From an uncultured Acidimicrobiaceae bacterium (GTDB taxonomy: Bacteria > Actinomycetota > Acidimicrobiia > Spongiisociales > UBA5794), in NCBI GenBank assembly GCA_964397045.1, contig CAYNHF010000051.1, forward strand, positions 24,928 through 88,927: a DNA stretch of 64,000 bases, given 5' to 3'. Both the position numbers and the translations under genes were made by a program. The notes beneath the pieces were generated by a model that worked only from the letters and a program-made list of their open reading frames with translations, did not search any database and was not told the DNA's origin. Shown piece after piece: positions 38,882-49,451 of this stretch. How positions within the stretch are numbered: position 1 is the first letter of the stretch; every line of letters begins with the position of its first letter.

Positions 38882-40219
38882 TCATCCGACCAGGGCCGCC
38901 TCGAGCACCGCCTCGTAGTCCGCGGCCCTCGCTCCCCACGACCAGTCTGTCTTCATGCCGTTGACCTGCAGATCGCGCCACGTGTCCGGCGCGTCCTCCA
39001 GCGTCCGCATCGCTTCCCGAATGACACCGTCCAGCGCTTCACTGTTGTAGGGAACGAATCCGAACCCCGTCGCAGCTGCGGGGTCCGCGGCCACGTCGAT
39101 GACACTGTCGGCCAGACCTCCTGTGAACCGCACCACCGGAGGAGCTCCGTACCGCATTGCATACATCTGGCCCAGTCCGGAAGGCTCGAACTCGGATGGC
39201 ATGAGATACGAGTCGCAGCCGGCAGACACCAGCCTGGCGAGCGTCTCGTCGTACGGCAGGTGAGCGACCGCCCCGGGATACGCCTCGACCCAGGAATCGA
39301 CGAGATCATCAAGTTCGCCGTTGCCCACCAGCACGAGCCGAAAGCCGTCTGCGATGAGTCCCGGAAGAATCGGACTGAGCAGCTCGAACCCCTTCTGGCG
39401 TGCCATCCGGCCCACATTGCCGAACAGCACCCCTTCATCGAGACCGGCACGGTCGAGTAATGCGACCCAGTTGGCTGCGCGTCTTCCGAGCTGATCGGCC
39501 GAGAAGTTCTGCGGCAGGGTGGGGTCGGTGGCCGGGTCCCACGATTCGGTATCGATCCCGTTGAGAATGCCGATGATCGGGTGATCGAGCTGGGCAACCA
39601 CTCCGTCCAGCCCGAATGAGGTCTCCTCGGCAGTCAACTCCGCAGCATGGCCGGGACTCACCGTCGTCACTCGGAAGGCGTGGGCCATGCCGGCTTTGAG
39701 GAAACTGGCAGACCCGTACCATTCCAGATCGCCGCCAATGGTCACCGGCCCGGTCCTTCCCAGCAGCGCCGCCACCTCGTCGAGCGGGCCCAGCATCTGG
39801 TGAGCCGCGTTGTGGATGGTGAGGACGGTCGAGAGGTTGCCGGCCGCCGCCACCAGCCCGACGTGCGCATCGTGCAGGTGCCCAACCTCGAATTCGGAGG
39901 CCAGCGCAGCAACAGCCATCGAGAACTTGCCGTAGCGCAGCCAATTGTCCTCGTATCCTGTGCCGGGTAAGGGGCCATAGACCCCGGGGCGGTCGAACAG
40001 TTCGTCACGCCATCCGATCACTTCCACCGGTGAGGCGATCAGCCGCTCCCACCGATCGGCGACAGGATCGCCGGGGGGGATCTCGGCATATCCCGGGATG
40101 GCAACCGTCAGCTCATGGCCACGCGACGCGAGTGCCTCGCTGATGCCGGCGACGGCGTTGCCCAAACCGCCGGTACGGACCAGCGGCGCATATTCGGCGG
40201 CCGCGACCAACACCTTCAT
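38882..40219 (-). CDS. glgA: Glycogen synthase / alpha-maltose-1-phosphate synthase (GlgA/GlgM, GT5/GT4-like)
   Basis: N-terminal AAEYAPLVRTGGLGNAV (KTGGL-type motif) and a C-terminal GT-B fold (SEFEPSGLGQMYAMRYG). ATG at 40219. Confidence 0.85.
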   Translation of the reverse strand: MKVLVAAAEYAPLVRTGGLGNAVAGISEALASRGHELTVAIPGYAEIPPGDPVADRWERLIASPVEVIGWRDELFDRPGVYGPLPGTGYEDNWLRYGKFSMAVAALASEFEVGHLHDAHVGLVAAAGNLSTVLTIHNAAHQMLGPLDEVAALLGRTGPVTIGGDLEWYGSASFLKAGMAHAFRVTTVSPGHAAELTAEETSFGLDGVVAQLDHPIIGILNGIDTESWDPATDPTLPQNFSADQLGRRAANWVALLDRAGLDEGVLFGNVGRMARQKGFELLSPILPGLIADGFRLVLVGNGELDDLVDSWVEAYPGAVAHLPYDETLARLVSAGCDSYLMPSEFEPSGLGQMYAMRYGAPPVVRFTGGLADSVIDVAADPAAATGFGFVPYNSEALDGVIREAMRTLEDAPDTWRDLQVNGMKTDWSWGARAADYEAVLEAALVG

Positions 40220-40412
40220 TGTCCGCTCTCCTCGGCTGCTGCCCGGAATCATACGTATCCTCGTGGCGTCGCACCCGTCGGTACCGCGCGTATTCCGTAT
40301 CCGCTGGCACAATCTCCCTGCCAGATACCGGAATTGATCCGCGAGCCCGGATCGGAGTACCGCGAGTGGGTGCCTCGGTCCCGGGGCGTCGCCTTTCGGT
40401 TGGAGGATCCAG

Positions 40413-41738
40413 ATGAATCGTCACACGAAGCTGCGAGTCACAGTGCTGGCGCTGGCTGTCGTCGCGGCAGCCTGTGGCGGCGACGGCGGTGCAGCAGATA
40501 CGTCGACTACCTCGAGCTCCTCGACAACAGAAACGCCGGCTACCTCGTCCACCATTGCACCTACCACAACCTCGACCAACCCCCCGGAGCGTCTGGTGGT
40601 GTGGGTGGACGCAGAGCGGGTCGCGCCCCTTACCGAGATCGCGGCGCGCTTCACCGCCAACACGGGCCTCGCTGTGGAAATCGTCGAGAGGGACTTTGCC
40701 GTGATGCTCAACGATGCCCTCCGGGACATCGTCGACGGTGAAGGCCCCGACGTGTTCCTCGGATCACACGAATGGACTGGAGCGCTCGTTGCGGCAGATG
40801 TGGTCACCCGCCAGGACGACTTGCCGGCGGCTACCCGCAGCGACTTCTTCGCATCACCGTTCCTTGGGTTCATGGTGGCCGGGTCGACGTACGGGCTTCC
40901 CTACCAGTTCGAAGCCGTTGCGCTCTGGATGAACACGACACTCGCCGGCATGCTGGAAGGCCCGGCTGATTTCGACGCCGTCCGCGATGTCTGCGACCGA
41001 GTGGTCGACGAGCAGCGCGAACAGGTCTGTCTCAGTATTCCCGGTGGCGCAGCTACGCCGGACGCCTATCACCAGTTCTCGTTCACCTCGATGCTCGGCG
41101 GATCGATCTTCTCCTTCGACCCCGGCTTCGGGTACGTCGCCACCGACGCGGGTATCGATAGTCCCGAGAGCATCGCAGGCAACACCGTCCTCGAGGCACT
41201 TGCCGTCGAGGAGTATCTGCCCTCCTACAACTACGGAGACGCCGAGGCCGCGTTCACCGCAGGCAGGGCGGTCTACTGGCTCACCGGCCCCTGGGCGCGA
41301 TCCGTGGTGGAGGCCGGTGCCGCGGACAGCGGTTTCGAATACCAGGTAGTGTCGATCCCAACCGTCGACGGCAGCCCTGCCCGGCCATTCCTCGAAGCAC
41401 GCGGCTTCTTCATCAGCAACGGATCCACGCTGGAGGAGGAGGCCAAGACGTTCCTCTACGACTACGTGGCGTCCGCCAACGCGATGGCCGCCCTCTATGC
41501 TGCAGACTCCCCATTGCCCACCCACAAGGCTGTTGCCGCCTCGATCGACGACCCTCTCCTGTCGGTCTTCGTCGAGTCTGCTGCCGCCGGCCAGCCAACC
41601 CCCAATCTGCCCGCGATGACTCCTGGGATCTGGGAAACCTGGGGTGAGGCACTCGGCAAGATCCGCAACAAAGCCGCACCCGCAGACGCCGCGCTAAGAG
41701 TGGGAGCCGCTGCGATCAACGTGGGACTCGACCGCTGA
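40413..41738 (+). CDS. ABC-transporter sugar/maltodextrin substrate-binding lipoprotein (SBP family 1)
   Basis: Lipobox VVAAAC|GGDG, S/T-rich linker, MalE-like fold. No permease or ATPase genes adjacent. Confidence 0.75.
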   Translation: MNRHTKLRVTVLALAVVAAACGGDGGAADTSTTSSSSTTETPATSSTIAPTTTSTNPPERLVVWVDAERVAPLTEIAARFTANTGLAVEIVERDFAVMLNDALRDIVDGEGPDVFLGSHEWTGALVAADVVTRQDDLPAATRSDFFASPFLGFMVAGSTYGLPYQFEAVALWMNTTLAGMLEGPADFDAVRDVCDRVVDEQREQVCLSIPGGAATPDAYHQFSFTSMLGGSIFSFDPGFGYVATDAGIDSPESIAGNTVLEALAVEEYLPSYNYGDAEAAFTAGRAVYWLTGPWARSVVEAGAADSGFEYQVVSIPTVDGSPARPFLEARGFFISNGSTLEEEAKTFLYDYVASANAMAALYAADSPLPTHKAVAASIDDPLLSVFVESAAAGQPTPNLPAMTPGIWETWGEALGKIRNKAAPADAALRVGAAAINVGLDR

Positions 41739-41745
41739 GAGGCGA

Positions 41746-42519
41746 CTACTGGCGGATCCAATTCTGCAGCCGGAGGTCGGGAGTGAGCGCCTTCCTCGCG
41801 ATGTAGGTGACAACCACGATCACCGCCACGGACACCGCTCCCAGCACCAGGTACATCACTACCAGTTGGACGACGACGGCTTCGACGGGATCGACACCCG
41901 CCAGCAGCAGGCCGGTCATGGCACCCGGGAGGGCGATCAGGCCGACGACCTTGGTGCGTTCGATCTGCGGAGTCAACGCCAGCCTGGCCGTGTCCCGGAC
42001 CATGAAACGGGTTGCACCCTTGCCGTCGAATCCCAAAGCGAGCAGGCCCTCGATCTGGGTCCGGTTGTCCGAGAGGTAGGCGGCGGAACGGTCGACGGCC
42101 AGCACGGTGCCCGGGAGCGTGTTGCCGATGGTGATCCCGGCCACTACCACCACGATCACGGGCTCGAGGTCGAACACCTGGGACCCGAACACGATGGCGA
42201 GCGCGATTCCGGTCGAGGCCGCAATCGCAGCCATCACCAGCGTACGGAGCCCGGGTACCTCTCTCGCACGGCGCCGGGCGGTCTCTCCCGCCACCAGAAC
42301 CATCACCGCCACCCACACCCATGCCCACCAGTCGGCAAGATCCGAGCCGATTACGACCGTGAAGACCGCGCCGACCGCGAGCAATTGCACCGCGGCCCGA
42401 AACGCTGCCCAGAGGATGGACCGCGCAACCCCGACTCGCTGCCACAACGAGAGCCCGACGGCAAGCGCCACAAGCAGCAGCGCCCCGATCGCGGTCGAGA
42501 TGTCGAGGACGTCAGTCAC
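41746..42519 (-). CDS. FetB/YbbM-like (UPF0014) ABC-type permease
   Basis: 7-TM protein with a family-like GxxLAxG pattern. GTG 42519 preceded by GGAG. No cognate ATPase in the window. Confidence 0.55.
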   Translation of the reverse strand: MTDVLDISTAIGALLLVALAVGLSLWQRVGVARSILWAAFRAAVQLLAVGAVFTVVIGSDLADWWAWVWVAVMVLVAGETARRRAREVPGLRTLVMAAIAASTGIALAIVFGSQVFDLEPVIVVVVAGITIGNTLPGTVLAVDRSAAYLSDNRTQIEGLLALGFDGKGATRFMVRDTARLALTPQIERTKVVGLIALPGAMTGLLLAGVDPVEAVVVQLVVMYLVLGAVSVAVIVVVTYIARKALTPDLRLQNWIRQ

Positions 42520-42541
42520 CGCAGCGTCATCTCCTCGCAGG

Positions 42542-44677
42542 TCAATCGAGTGATTGCTCGGCAAGCAGCATCGCAAGGTCCTTGACGACCACCGTGTCTT
42601 CCGCCCCGAGTTCGCGAACTCCGTCGTCCAGCATCACGAAACAGAAGGGGCAGCCCGTGGCAACCACCTTTGCTCCGGTGGCGATCGCTTCTTCAGATCG
42701 CTCGATGTTGACCTTCTTGCCGGTGTGCTCTTCCATCCACATCCGGCCGCCACCGGCACCGCAGCAGAACGACTCGGTTCCGCACCGAAGCATCTCGACC
42801 CGGGGGCCCAGCGAGTCGAGCACCGCACGAGGAGCGACGAAGACGTCGTTGTGACGGCCTAGGTAACACGGGTCGTGGTAGGTGATCGTTTCCGTGCCAC
42901 CCTTGGGCTCGATCCGCCCCTCCTCCAGCAAATGCATCAACAACTCACTGTGGTGCACCACCGTGTACTCCCCCCCGAACTGCGGGTATTCGTTGCCAAG
43001 GGTGTTGAAGCAGTGCGGGCACTGCGTGATGATTTTGGTGATACCGAGATCGTTGAGGGTCTCGATATTCTGCAGCGCCAATCCCTGAAACACGTATTCG
43101 TTACCGGTTCGGCGCGCCGGGTCACCGGTGCACAACTCCCGCGGCCCGAGGATCGCGAAGTCGACGCCGGCTTCGTGCAGTAGACGCGCCGTCGATGTAG
43201 TGACCTTCCGATTCCGGTCGTCGAACGACCCCGCGCAGCCAACCCAATAGAGATACTCGGCCTCGACACCGGGTTCTCCGAGCACCTTCACAGGGAACTC
43301 GAGCTCATCGGTCCAGTCACCGCGCGCGTTCTGGTCCATGCCGTACACGTTGGAGGAGTTCTCGAGTGAGACGTAGGCCTTGCCCAATTCGGAAGGGAAG
43401 TCCGCCTCCATGAGAGACAGGTACCTTCGCATGTCGAGGATCTTGTCGAGGATTTCGATGTTCACCGGGCAAATCTCGTCGCAAGCGCGACATGTCGTGC
43501 AGGCCCACAACTCCTGCGCCGTGATCCGCTCGAAAACGTCGTCTGAGCTGACGGTGAGTGCCGCGTCAACCCCTACGGGCGGGGCCACCGGTCGCGGCGC
43601 CGTCTGGCCTGCCACCTGGCCGAGCTTGAGGACGATCTCGCGCGGATCGAGCGGCTTACCTGTGATGTTTGCCGGACACACCGAGGTACACCGCCCGCAT
43701 GTCGTACAGGCCTCGGTGTCGAAGAGTTGCTTCCAGGTGAACTCGCCGACGACGTGGGCTCCAACCGTTTCGATGTCGGTTGCTTCCATCAGATTCGGCA
43801 TGGCACGCATTGCGCCCTTGGGGCGGTCATGCGGCGACAGGTACATGTTGGCCGGCGACGTGACCATGTGCCGCAGCTTGGTGGCGGGCAGCACCACCAG
43901 GAACACCACGAACAGCAAGACGTGGATCACCCACCAGAATTGGTGGACGGAAGCGGCCCGCTCGACCGGAATCAGCGCGCTCAGGCCGTAACCGACGAAC
44001 GACCACACTTCCCAGTCGGGCCGACCGATGAGAGAGATCCGTGCTGCCTCGATCAGGAACCCGGTGACACCGATCAAGCCGAGCGTGACCAAGATGACTC
44101 CGTCTTCCGGTCTGGTCTTCGAACGCAGCCGCCAGGGTCGCTGGCCGTAGCGACGCAATGCAGCCCAGACGATGCCGGCGATGAATACAAGACCGAACAG
44201 GTCGAGTATGAACGAATAGACCTGGTACACCGTGCCGTGGAGGAACTTGAGGTTGGTCGGCAGCAGGTGATCGATCTCGAGCGTCACCGTCCCCAAGAAC
44301 AGGACGATGAACCCGTAGTAGATAGCAGAGTGCATCAGCCCTGCCGACCGGTCGCGCATCAGCGTACGCATCGCGAGTCCTTCGCGGAGTTGGTGCAACC
44401 GCTGCTTGGTCATCCCAGCCCTGCGCTCCCAGGCGCCACGCTCCCAGCTGCGCGATCGCTCGGCGAACAAGTAGAACATGACGCCGGTGAATGCTGTGAT
44501 CCCGATGTAGAAGAGGGCGACGGCAACCGCGGGGATGTTGCCGAAGACCGCTCTCCCAACCTCCGGTGCCGCTTCTTCCGACCAGGTGCCGACCCACCAC
44601 AAGAGCAGGGTTCCGACAACGGCGAGGATCCCGGCTACACCGAGCACGTGGGCCGTCGTGATCGTGCGCCGACCCAT
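42542..44677 (-). CDS. Membrane-bound (Fe-S)-binding reductase: NarI-like cytochrome b domain + 2x[4Fe-4S] + two CCG (HdrD/GlpC-like) domains; Rv0338c-like
   Basis: Five N-terminal TM helices, ferredoxin motifs ([24 protein letters not shown]), and two CCG cysteine-rich domains (CPHCFNTLG; CCGAGGG...CPFCFVML). The start is uncertain, between 44677 and 44830. Confidence 0.8.
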   Translation of the reverse strand: MGRRTITTAHVLGVAGILAVVGTLLLWWVGTWSEEAAPEVGRAVFGNIPAVAVALFYIGITAFTGVMFYLFAERSRSWERGAWERRAGMTKQRLHQLREGLAMRTLMRDRSAGLMHSAIYYGFIVLFLGTVTLEIDHLLPTNLKFLHGTVYQVYSFILDLFGLVFIAGIVWAALRRYGQRPWRLRSKTRPEDGVILVTLGLIGVTGFLIEAARISLIGRPDWEVWSFVGYGLSALIPVERAASVHQFWWVIHVLLFVVFLVVLPATKLRHMVTSPANMYLSPHDRPKGAMRAMPNLMEATDIETVGAHVVGEFTWKQLFDTEACTTCGRCTSVCPANITGKPLDPREIVLKLGQVAGQTAPRPVAPPVGVDAALTVSSDDVFERITAQELWACTTCRACDEICPVNIEILDKILDMRRYLSLMEADFPSELGKAYVSLENSSNVYGMDQNARGDWTDELEFPVKVLGEPGVEAEYLYWVGCAGSFDDRNRKVTTSTARLLHEAGVDFAILGPRELCTGDPARRTGNEYVFQGLALQNIETLNDLGITKIITQCPHCFNTLGNEYPQFGGEYTVVHHSELLMHLLEEGRIEPKGGTETITYHDPCYLGRHNDVFVAPRAVLDSLGPRVEMLRCGTESFCCGAGGGRMWMEEHTGKKVNIERSEEAIATGAKVVATGCPFCFVMLDDGVRELGAEDTVVVKDLAMLLAEQSLD

Positions 44678-45034
44678 CTGCCCTGCGCCGGCCCGCTCCG
44701 CGGCTGTGGAACCGGATTCGGCGAGCGTGTCGGTGTCGGCCAACGTCAAACCCTCTCCGTGAGCGCACCGGCGAGTGTACCGGCCGGCCGGAGCCGGGGG
44801 GTTTCGCCTCCACCACCCTGCGCCGATCACCGGAACCTGCCTCGCTGCACCTGGTCACTCGGAAGCCGGAGAGGGGATGGCGATCGGAGGCGTGCACGCC
44901 TCCGATCGCGCTCTCTCCCGTGCTGCGAACCGGGTCTCCGGTTCACTCGATTGTTTGTTCGCCCGACACCGCTTCCTGACACCTGTCAGGATTGACCGCA
45001 TGGCGGACAAGAAGTGGTCGTCAGAGGGAGTCCG

Positions 45035-45589
45035 ATGAAGCCAGCCGATGCAGACAGGCGAATCACCGCCCTCTTCGATGCCCAGTACGACGAGGTGCTC
45101 GCTTACTGCGCGCGGCGGATCGGACGCAGCGACGCAGAAGACGCGGCTACTGACGTGTTCGCGGTCGCCTGGAGAAGGGTCGATCAGATCGACTGGGACA
45201 CCGTCAGGCCATGGCTCTATGGGATCGCCCGAGGCGTGCTTGCCAATCGAAGCCGATCATGGCGCCGCCAGGGCCGACTCATCGGAAGGCTCTCCGGGTT
45301 GTCTGCCACATATCCCGAGACCCCCGAGTCCTACGTGGTCCGACGTGAAGAGGACAACGTCGTGGTGGCAGCGATCCACAAACTGAAACCAACCGACCAG
45401 GAGATCTTGATGCTGGCCGCATGGGAGGAGCTCACTGCGCCTGAGATTGCGACGACACTCGACATCTCTACCTCAGCGGCCGAACAGCGTCTCCACCGCG
45501 CCAAGAAACGTCTGGCAAAGGTCCTCAGGCCGCCTGCGACCGCCTCACAATTCTCTTCCCGTGCTGCTCAAGAGGAAGGAGGACACTGA
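45035..45589 (+). CDS. ECF (sigma-70 family) RNA polymerase sigma factor
   Basis: Sigma region 2 (FDAQYDEVLAYCARR...DVFAVAWRR) and region 4 HTH (LTAPEIATTLDISTSAAEQRLHRAKKRL). AGGGAG RBS before ATG 45035. Confidence 0.85.
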   Translation: MKPADADRRITALFDAQYDEVLAYCARRIGRSDAEDAATDVFAVAWRRVDQIDWDTVRPWLYGIARGVLANRSRSWRRQGRLIGRLSGLSATYPETPESYVVRREEDNVVVAAIHKLKPTDQEILMLAAWEELTAPEIATTLDISTSAAEQRLHRAKKRLAKVLRPPATASQFSSRAAQEEGGH

Positions 45590-46434
45590 TGAGCGCTGAC
45601 ACCGCATTCCAGCGCCTGCGCGACTCAAACCCGGTGCCCGAACCGGCCCTGCTTCGCAAGCAGTCGCACGACTCGGCCATCCTCCTCGCCGCAAGCCGGC
45701 AAAGGAGCACGGAGATGCAGACCCAGGAAGAGATCAACAACCAGACGAAGCACGGGCCTCGACCCAGGCGGCTCCTCATCGGGATCGGAGTCGCGGCAGC
45801 AGCGCTGGTCGCAGCCGCCGTGACGGTTGGTGTGGCGCTGGCGCTGAGCACAGACGATTCGCCGCCGCCGGCAAATCAGGTAGACAACCCTGCCGCAGCA
45901 GAGGCAGTCGCGGTAGTCGAGGCCGCGTACGCCGTTTACAACGCCGGGGATGCCGAGGCCTGGCTCGCGGCAGTCTGGCCACAAGGGTTCCAGAGCAACG
46001 AACTGATCGGATTCGGCGAGATCTATGCCGCGAACGCCGCGGCCGGTGCCCGGATCCACACCATCGATTGTGTACCCGATGGGTTCGGCGACTGGTTGAT
46101 CGGCGAGGAGGGTGCAGTATTCGCCGGGCAGCGAGTCAGGTGCGTAACGGAAGAAACCAACGACTTCCACGCCCCAGCCGGGCTCGAAACAACGTTGGTG
46201 TCTGCCTGGGTCGTTGCGGACGGAGCGGTCGTAGCCCAGTCCGCTGAGGCGGAACAAGGCGAGTCCGAAGCCTTCAACCTCGAGTTTCGCAACTGGCTGG
46301 CACGCAACCACAAAGAAGCTGCCCTGGGATACGACACCTTCCCGTGGATGTTCCCCAAGGCAAAGAGCGTGCCAACTGCACTGGAGTACGTCGACGAATT
46401 CGTCGCGTCTTCCCCGGACTGGCCGCGCAACTGA
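45589..46434 (+). CDS. Putative anti-sigma factor (single-pass membrane protein)
   Basis: Overlaps the sigma stop (TGATG). Cytoplasmic N-terminus, one TM helix (LLIGIGVAAAALVAAAVTVGVALAL), then an extracytoplasmic domain. Confidence 0.5.
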   Translation: MSADTAFQRLRDSNPVPEPALLRKQSHDSAILLAASRQRSTEMQTQEEINNQTKHGPRPRRLLIGIGVAAAALVAAAVTVGVALALSTDDSPPPANQVDNPAAAEAVAVVEAAYAVYNAGDAEAWLAAVWPQGFQSNELIGFGEIYAANAAAGARIHTIDCVPDGFGDWLIGEEGAVFAGQRVRCVTEETNDFHAPAGLETTLVSAWVVADGAVVAQSAEAEQGESEAFNLEFRNWLARNHKEAALGYDTFPWMFPKAKSVPTALEYVDEFVASSPDWPRN

Positions 46435-46599
46435 CCGCCGCCTGCAGCGCGCTGCCAGAGATCGACATCGGGTAGACAACAAACCACCGAGACCGCCCAA
46501 ACCGATTGGCTGCGAATCGGCACTGCAAGGGCCCGCCATTCGTGTAGGGCAGGTCCGAGAGGGAGAACCCCACAGAAGCGGGGTTCGGAACGAAGGGGA

Positions 46600-47230
46600 A
46601 ACCTCACCCAGAGCAAAGAAGCTAGAAAGGCCACATCCGTCATCGTTGCCGTCCTCGCGACCATGAGCATCGCGATACCGGTGAGCGCGGGCTCGGCAAC
46701 TCAGATCGATGGCGGTGGCTTCACGGTAGGGGTCCCACCGGTGCCCGGAGAGACTGCAACGGACAGCCCAGCGAGTGGACGTTCGAACTGCTGTCCGGCA
46801 GCTTGCAGGGCTGCTGGTACACGGACGTGATCTCGAGCGGTGCCGGCCATCCGAGCGGCAGGCACCAGTAGCGCGGCGCAGAGACGTTCGTGGGCGGCTA
46901 CTACGACGATGCAGGAGTCCAGGTAGGGACCCGGTCGTTCAGCACCACCTCCAACTTCACCAGCAAGTTTTCGACGCCGACGGCGCCGAGATCTTCGGTC
47001 GCCGTCAGCATCCGATCGTCGCGGGAAGCGGCACCGGGGTGTTTGCAGGCGTTACCGGGCGCGTCTACTTCAAGGACTTCGATGTCGTCAACGGGATCCT
47101 GGGGTACCGCGGCCACGTCAATTTCCCGAACGGCGTATCGGAAGCGATCGGAACACTCGACGGGAGGACCCCTGCCACAGTTTGGGGTCCTCCCGTGTGC
47201 TGTGCCATGCGGCACACGGTGGACTAGTCC
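46600..47230 (+). pseudogene. Disrupted gene for a secreted protein (at least 3 reading-frame changes)
   Basis: Frame 1 encodes a signal peptide (RKATSVIVAVLATMSIAIPVSAGSATQ) and stops at 46830. Frame 0 from 46872 encodes GGYYDDAGVQVGTRSFSTTSNFTSKF. It switches at a T4 run (46966-46969) to frame 2, which encodes DADGAEIFGRRQHPIVAGSGTGVFAGVTGRVYFKDFDVVNGILGYRGHVNFPNGVSEAIGTLDGRTPATVWGPPVCC... ending 47227. All coding segments have high GC3. Confidence 0.35.
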
Positions 47231-47648
47231 CGACGCGTACAGCGGAAACCGCTCTGCGGCTTTCCCACGCAGCGCCGATGTCATGTTCGAGAGCAGAGTG
47301 GCCAACACCTTGGGGGGCGAGGCCGAATGGGAGGATCAGAGGACGGCGACAGGGAGTATCTGGAGCGCACCGCAGATCGGCTGCGCACCATGAGTGCTTC
47401 GCAAGTGGATCTCACTACGGCCGACGCTGCCGAGGTGCGGTCCCGACTCGAACGTATGGCCTATGGAGGATCACGATTGAGAAACCGAGGGGCTTCGACC
47501 GTCCCCGGTGCAGAGCCTGCTCAGCGGCGGGAAGAACAAGGAAACGCCGCAACCGGCACCTTGAGGCTGACGAACTCTGGCGACGACGGACGGTCTTCCC
47601 CGCAGTGACCGGACCTGCGATCCGACGGCGAGCCGCCTTCGATTCCCC

Positions 47649-48566
47649 TCAGGTGCGGCCGACCAGCGCTCGCAGGAAGAACGCCATGTTTGCGGGTCGT
47701 TCGGCGAGACGCCGGGTGAGGTAGGGATACCACGCCACGCCGTAGGGAATGTAGACCCGCAGCGCGTGTCCGGCGGCGAGGAGTTCGCGCTGCAGTGGAA
47801 CCCGCACCCCGTAAAGCATCTGGAGCTCCCACGGACCTTCCCGCCGCTCCGCCTGCGCCGTGGCGTGATTGATACGAGCCTCGTCGTGGGTCGCGATCGC
47901 CGGGATCACGTCGGGTGATGCAAACGCCGCATCCGTAAGGCGATCAAACGCAGCATCGACCTCACCTTTGTCCTGGAAGGCGAGTTCGGCGGGTTCGGCA
48001 TATGCCCCCTTGCAAATCCGGACATGTCCGTGCGCCGCGATCACTCGATCGAGGTCCAGCGGCGAACGGTGCAGATACGACTGCAGCGCGACACCGAGAT
48101 TGCCGTGCTCACTCTGCATGCGCTCGAACAGAGCCATGGTGGACTCCGTATGCAGGCTCTCCTCCATGTCGATGGTCACAGAGGTGCCGACCGCAGCAGC
48201 TCGCGCCGACAACGCCTGCAACGACTCAGCTGCCAATTCGTCATCCGTCCCCAAGCCGAGCTGCGTCAGCTTGACCGAGATGTTGCCCTCGATCCCCTCT
48301 GCCCCGATCCGGTCCAGGATCGCGAGGTAGTCGGCGGCGGCCCCTCGGGCCGCGACTCGATCGACGACATGCTCGCCCAAATGGTCCATCGAAACTGTCG
48401 CGCCGGCTGCGTTCAGCTCTCTCGCAACTGCAATCGCATCGTCGAGCGTCTCACCAGCAACAAATCGCGTCGACACCGCCCGCCCGGGGCGGGTGTCGGT
48501 GAAGAGTTTGCGCACTGGTCCGCGCTCGGTGATGGCGAGGGTTGCCTTGCCGAGCGTCGACACCAC
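47649..48566 (-). CDS. Proline dehydrogenase (monofunctional PutA-like)
   Basis: ProDH TIM-barrel family signatures (VSMDHLGEH..., ISVKLTQLG, VRICKGAY, LQMLYGV). A GTG start around 48563-48566 is preferred over ATG 48635, which would overlap proC by 68 nt. Confidence 0.75.
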   Translation of the reverse strand: MVSTLGKATLAITERGPVRKLFTDTRPGRAVSTRFVAGETLDDAIAVARELNAAGATVSMDHLGEHVVDRVAARGAAADYLAILDRIGAEGIEGNISVKLTQLGLGTDDELAAESLQALSARAAAVGTSVTIDMEESLHTESTMALFERMQSEHGNLGVALQSYLHRSPLDLDRVIAAHGHVRICKGAYAEPAELAFQDKGEVDAAFDRLTDAAFASPDVIPAIATHDEARINHATAQAERREGPWELQMLYGVRVPLQRELLAAGHALRVYIPYGVAWYPYLTRRLAERPANMAFFLRALVGRT

Positions 48567-48567
48567 G

Positions 48568-49389
48568 TCAGTCTGAATCCCCGGCAGCCGCGGCACCGAG
48601 CTCGCGGGACCGCTGTGCAGCCGAACGCACCGCATCCTCGAGGAGGGCGCGAAAGCCGCCGTTCTCCAGGATGTGCATCGCGGCTGCGGTGGTTCCCCCC
48701 GGAGACGTCACCTCGGCTCGAAGTCTGAAGGCGCTCTTGTCCGACTGGCTCAACAGGACGCCGGCGCCCCTGACCGTTTGCAGCACAAGTCGCTCCGCAG
48801 CGTGGTGGGGGAGTCCCTCGCGAATCGCGGCCTCGGTGAGTGCTTCCGCAAGCAGGAACACGTAGGCGGGACCCGACCCCGAAACCGCCGTGACCGCGTC
48901 GAGCAGGTCCTCGCTGAGCTGGATGGTTTGGCCCACAGCAGCCAACACGGTCTCGGCGCGAGCGATGGCTTCCTCACCAACATCAGTGCCGGCGCAGTAG
49001 GCGGTCATCGCTTCGTCAACCGCGGCGGGAGTATTCGGCATCGATCGCACGATCGGCATGCCCGGCAGCGCGATCTCGAACACCGCCAGCGGCACGCCCG
49101 CGACCAAAGACACCACGAGTTGATCGGTCGTCACGGTGCCGCTGATTTGATCCAACAGATGGGCAACGTCTTTGGGCTTCACCGCGACCACGATGACGTC
49201 ACGTCCGGCCACAGCTGCCACGGGGTCGAGTACGGTCGACACTCCGGAGAGGCGCTCGGCCTCGACGGCGCGCTCCTGCCGCCTGGCGACCATAATCAGG
49301 TCCCCCGAATCCCAGCCGGCGCGCACCAGCCCCTCGGTCAAAATCTGACCCATCGATCCGGCTCCCAGCACGGCCACGGTCGGTTGCAT
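48568..49389 (-). CDS. proC: Pyrroline-5-carboxylate reductase
   Basis: VAVLGAGSMG Rossmann motif, VRSMPNTPAAV, SGSGPAYVF, VTSPGGTT. Confidence 0.85.
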   Translation of the reverse strand: MQPTVAVLGAGSMGQILTEGLVRAGWDSGDLIMVARRQERAVEAERLSGVSTVLDPVAAVAGRDVIVVAVKPKDVAHLLDQISGTVTTDQLVVSLVAGVPLAVFEIALPGMPIVRSMPNTPAAVDEAMTAYCAGTDVGEEAIARAETVLAAVGQTIQLSEDLLDAVTAVSGSGPAYVFLLAEALTEAAIREGLPHHAAERLVLQTVRGAGVLLSQSDKSAFRLRAEVTSPGGTTAAAMHILENGGFRALLEDAVRSAAQRSRELGAAAAGDSD

Positions 49390-49451
49390 GTGCGCGATGA
49401 TACGGCAGCGGTACCCCCCGGAGATGGTTCAACCCAAGAGGATGGCTCGGA

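Noticed and set aside
47327-47608. 93-aa ORF in the gap between the disrupted secreted-protein gene and the proline dehydrogenase gene
   Set aside because: Low GC3 (gga, tca, tat, gat, cga codons), no RBS, and no recognisable domain. Treated as non-coding.
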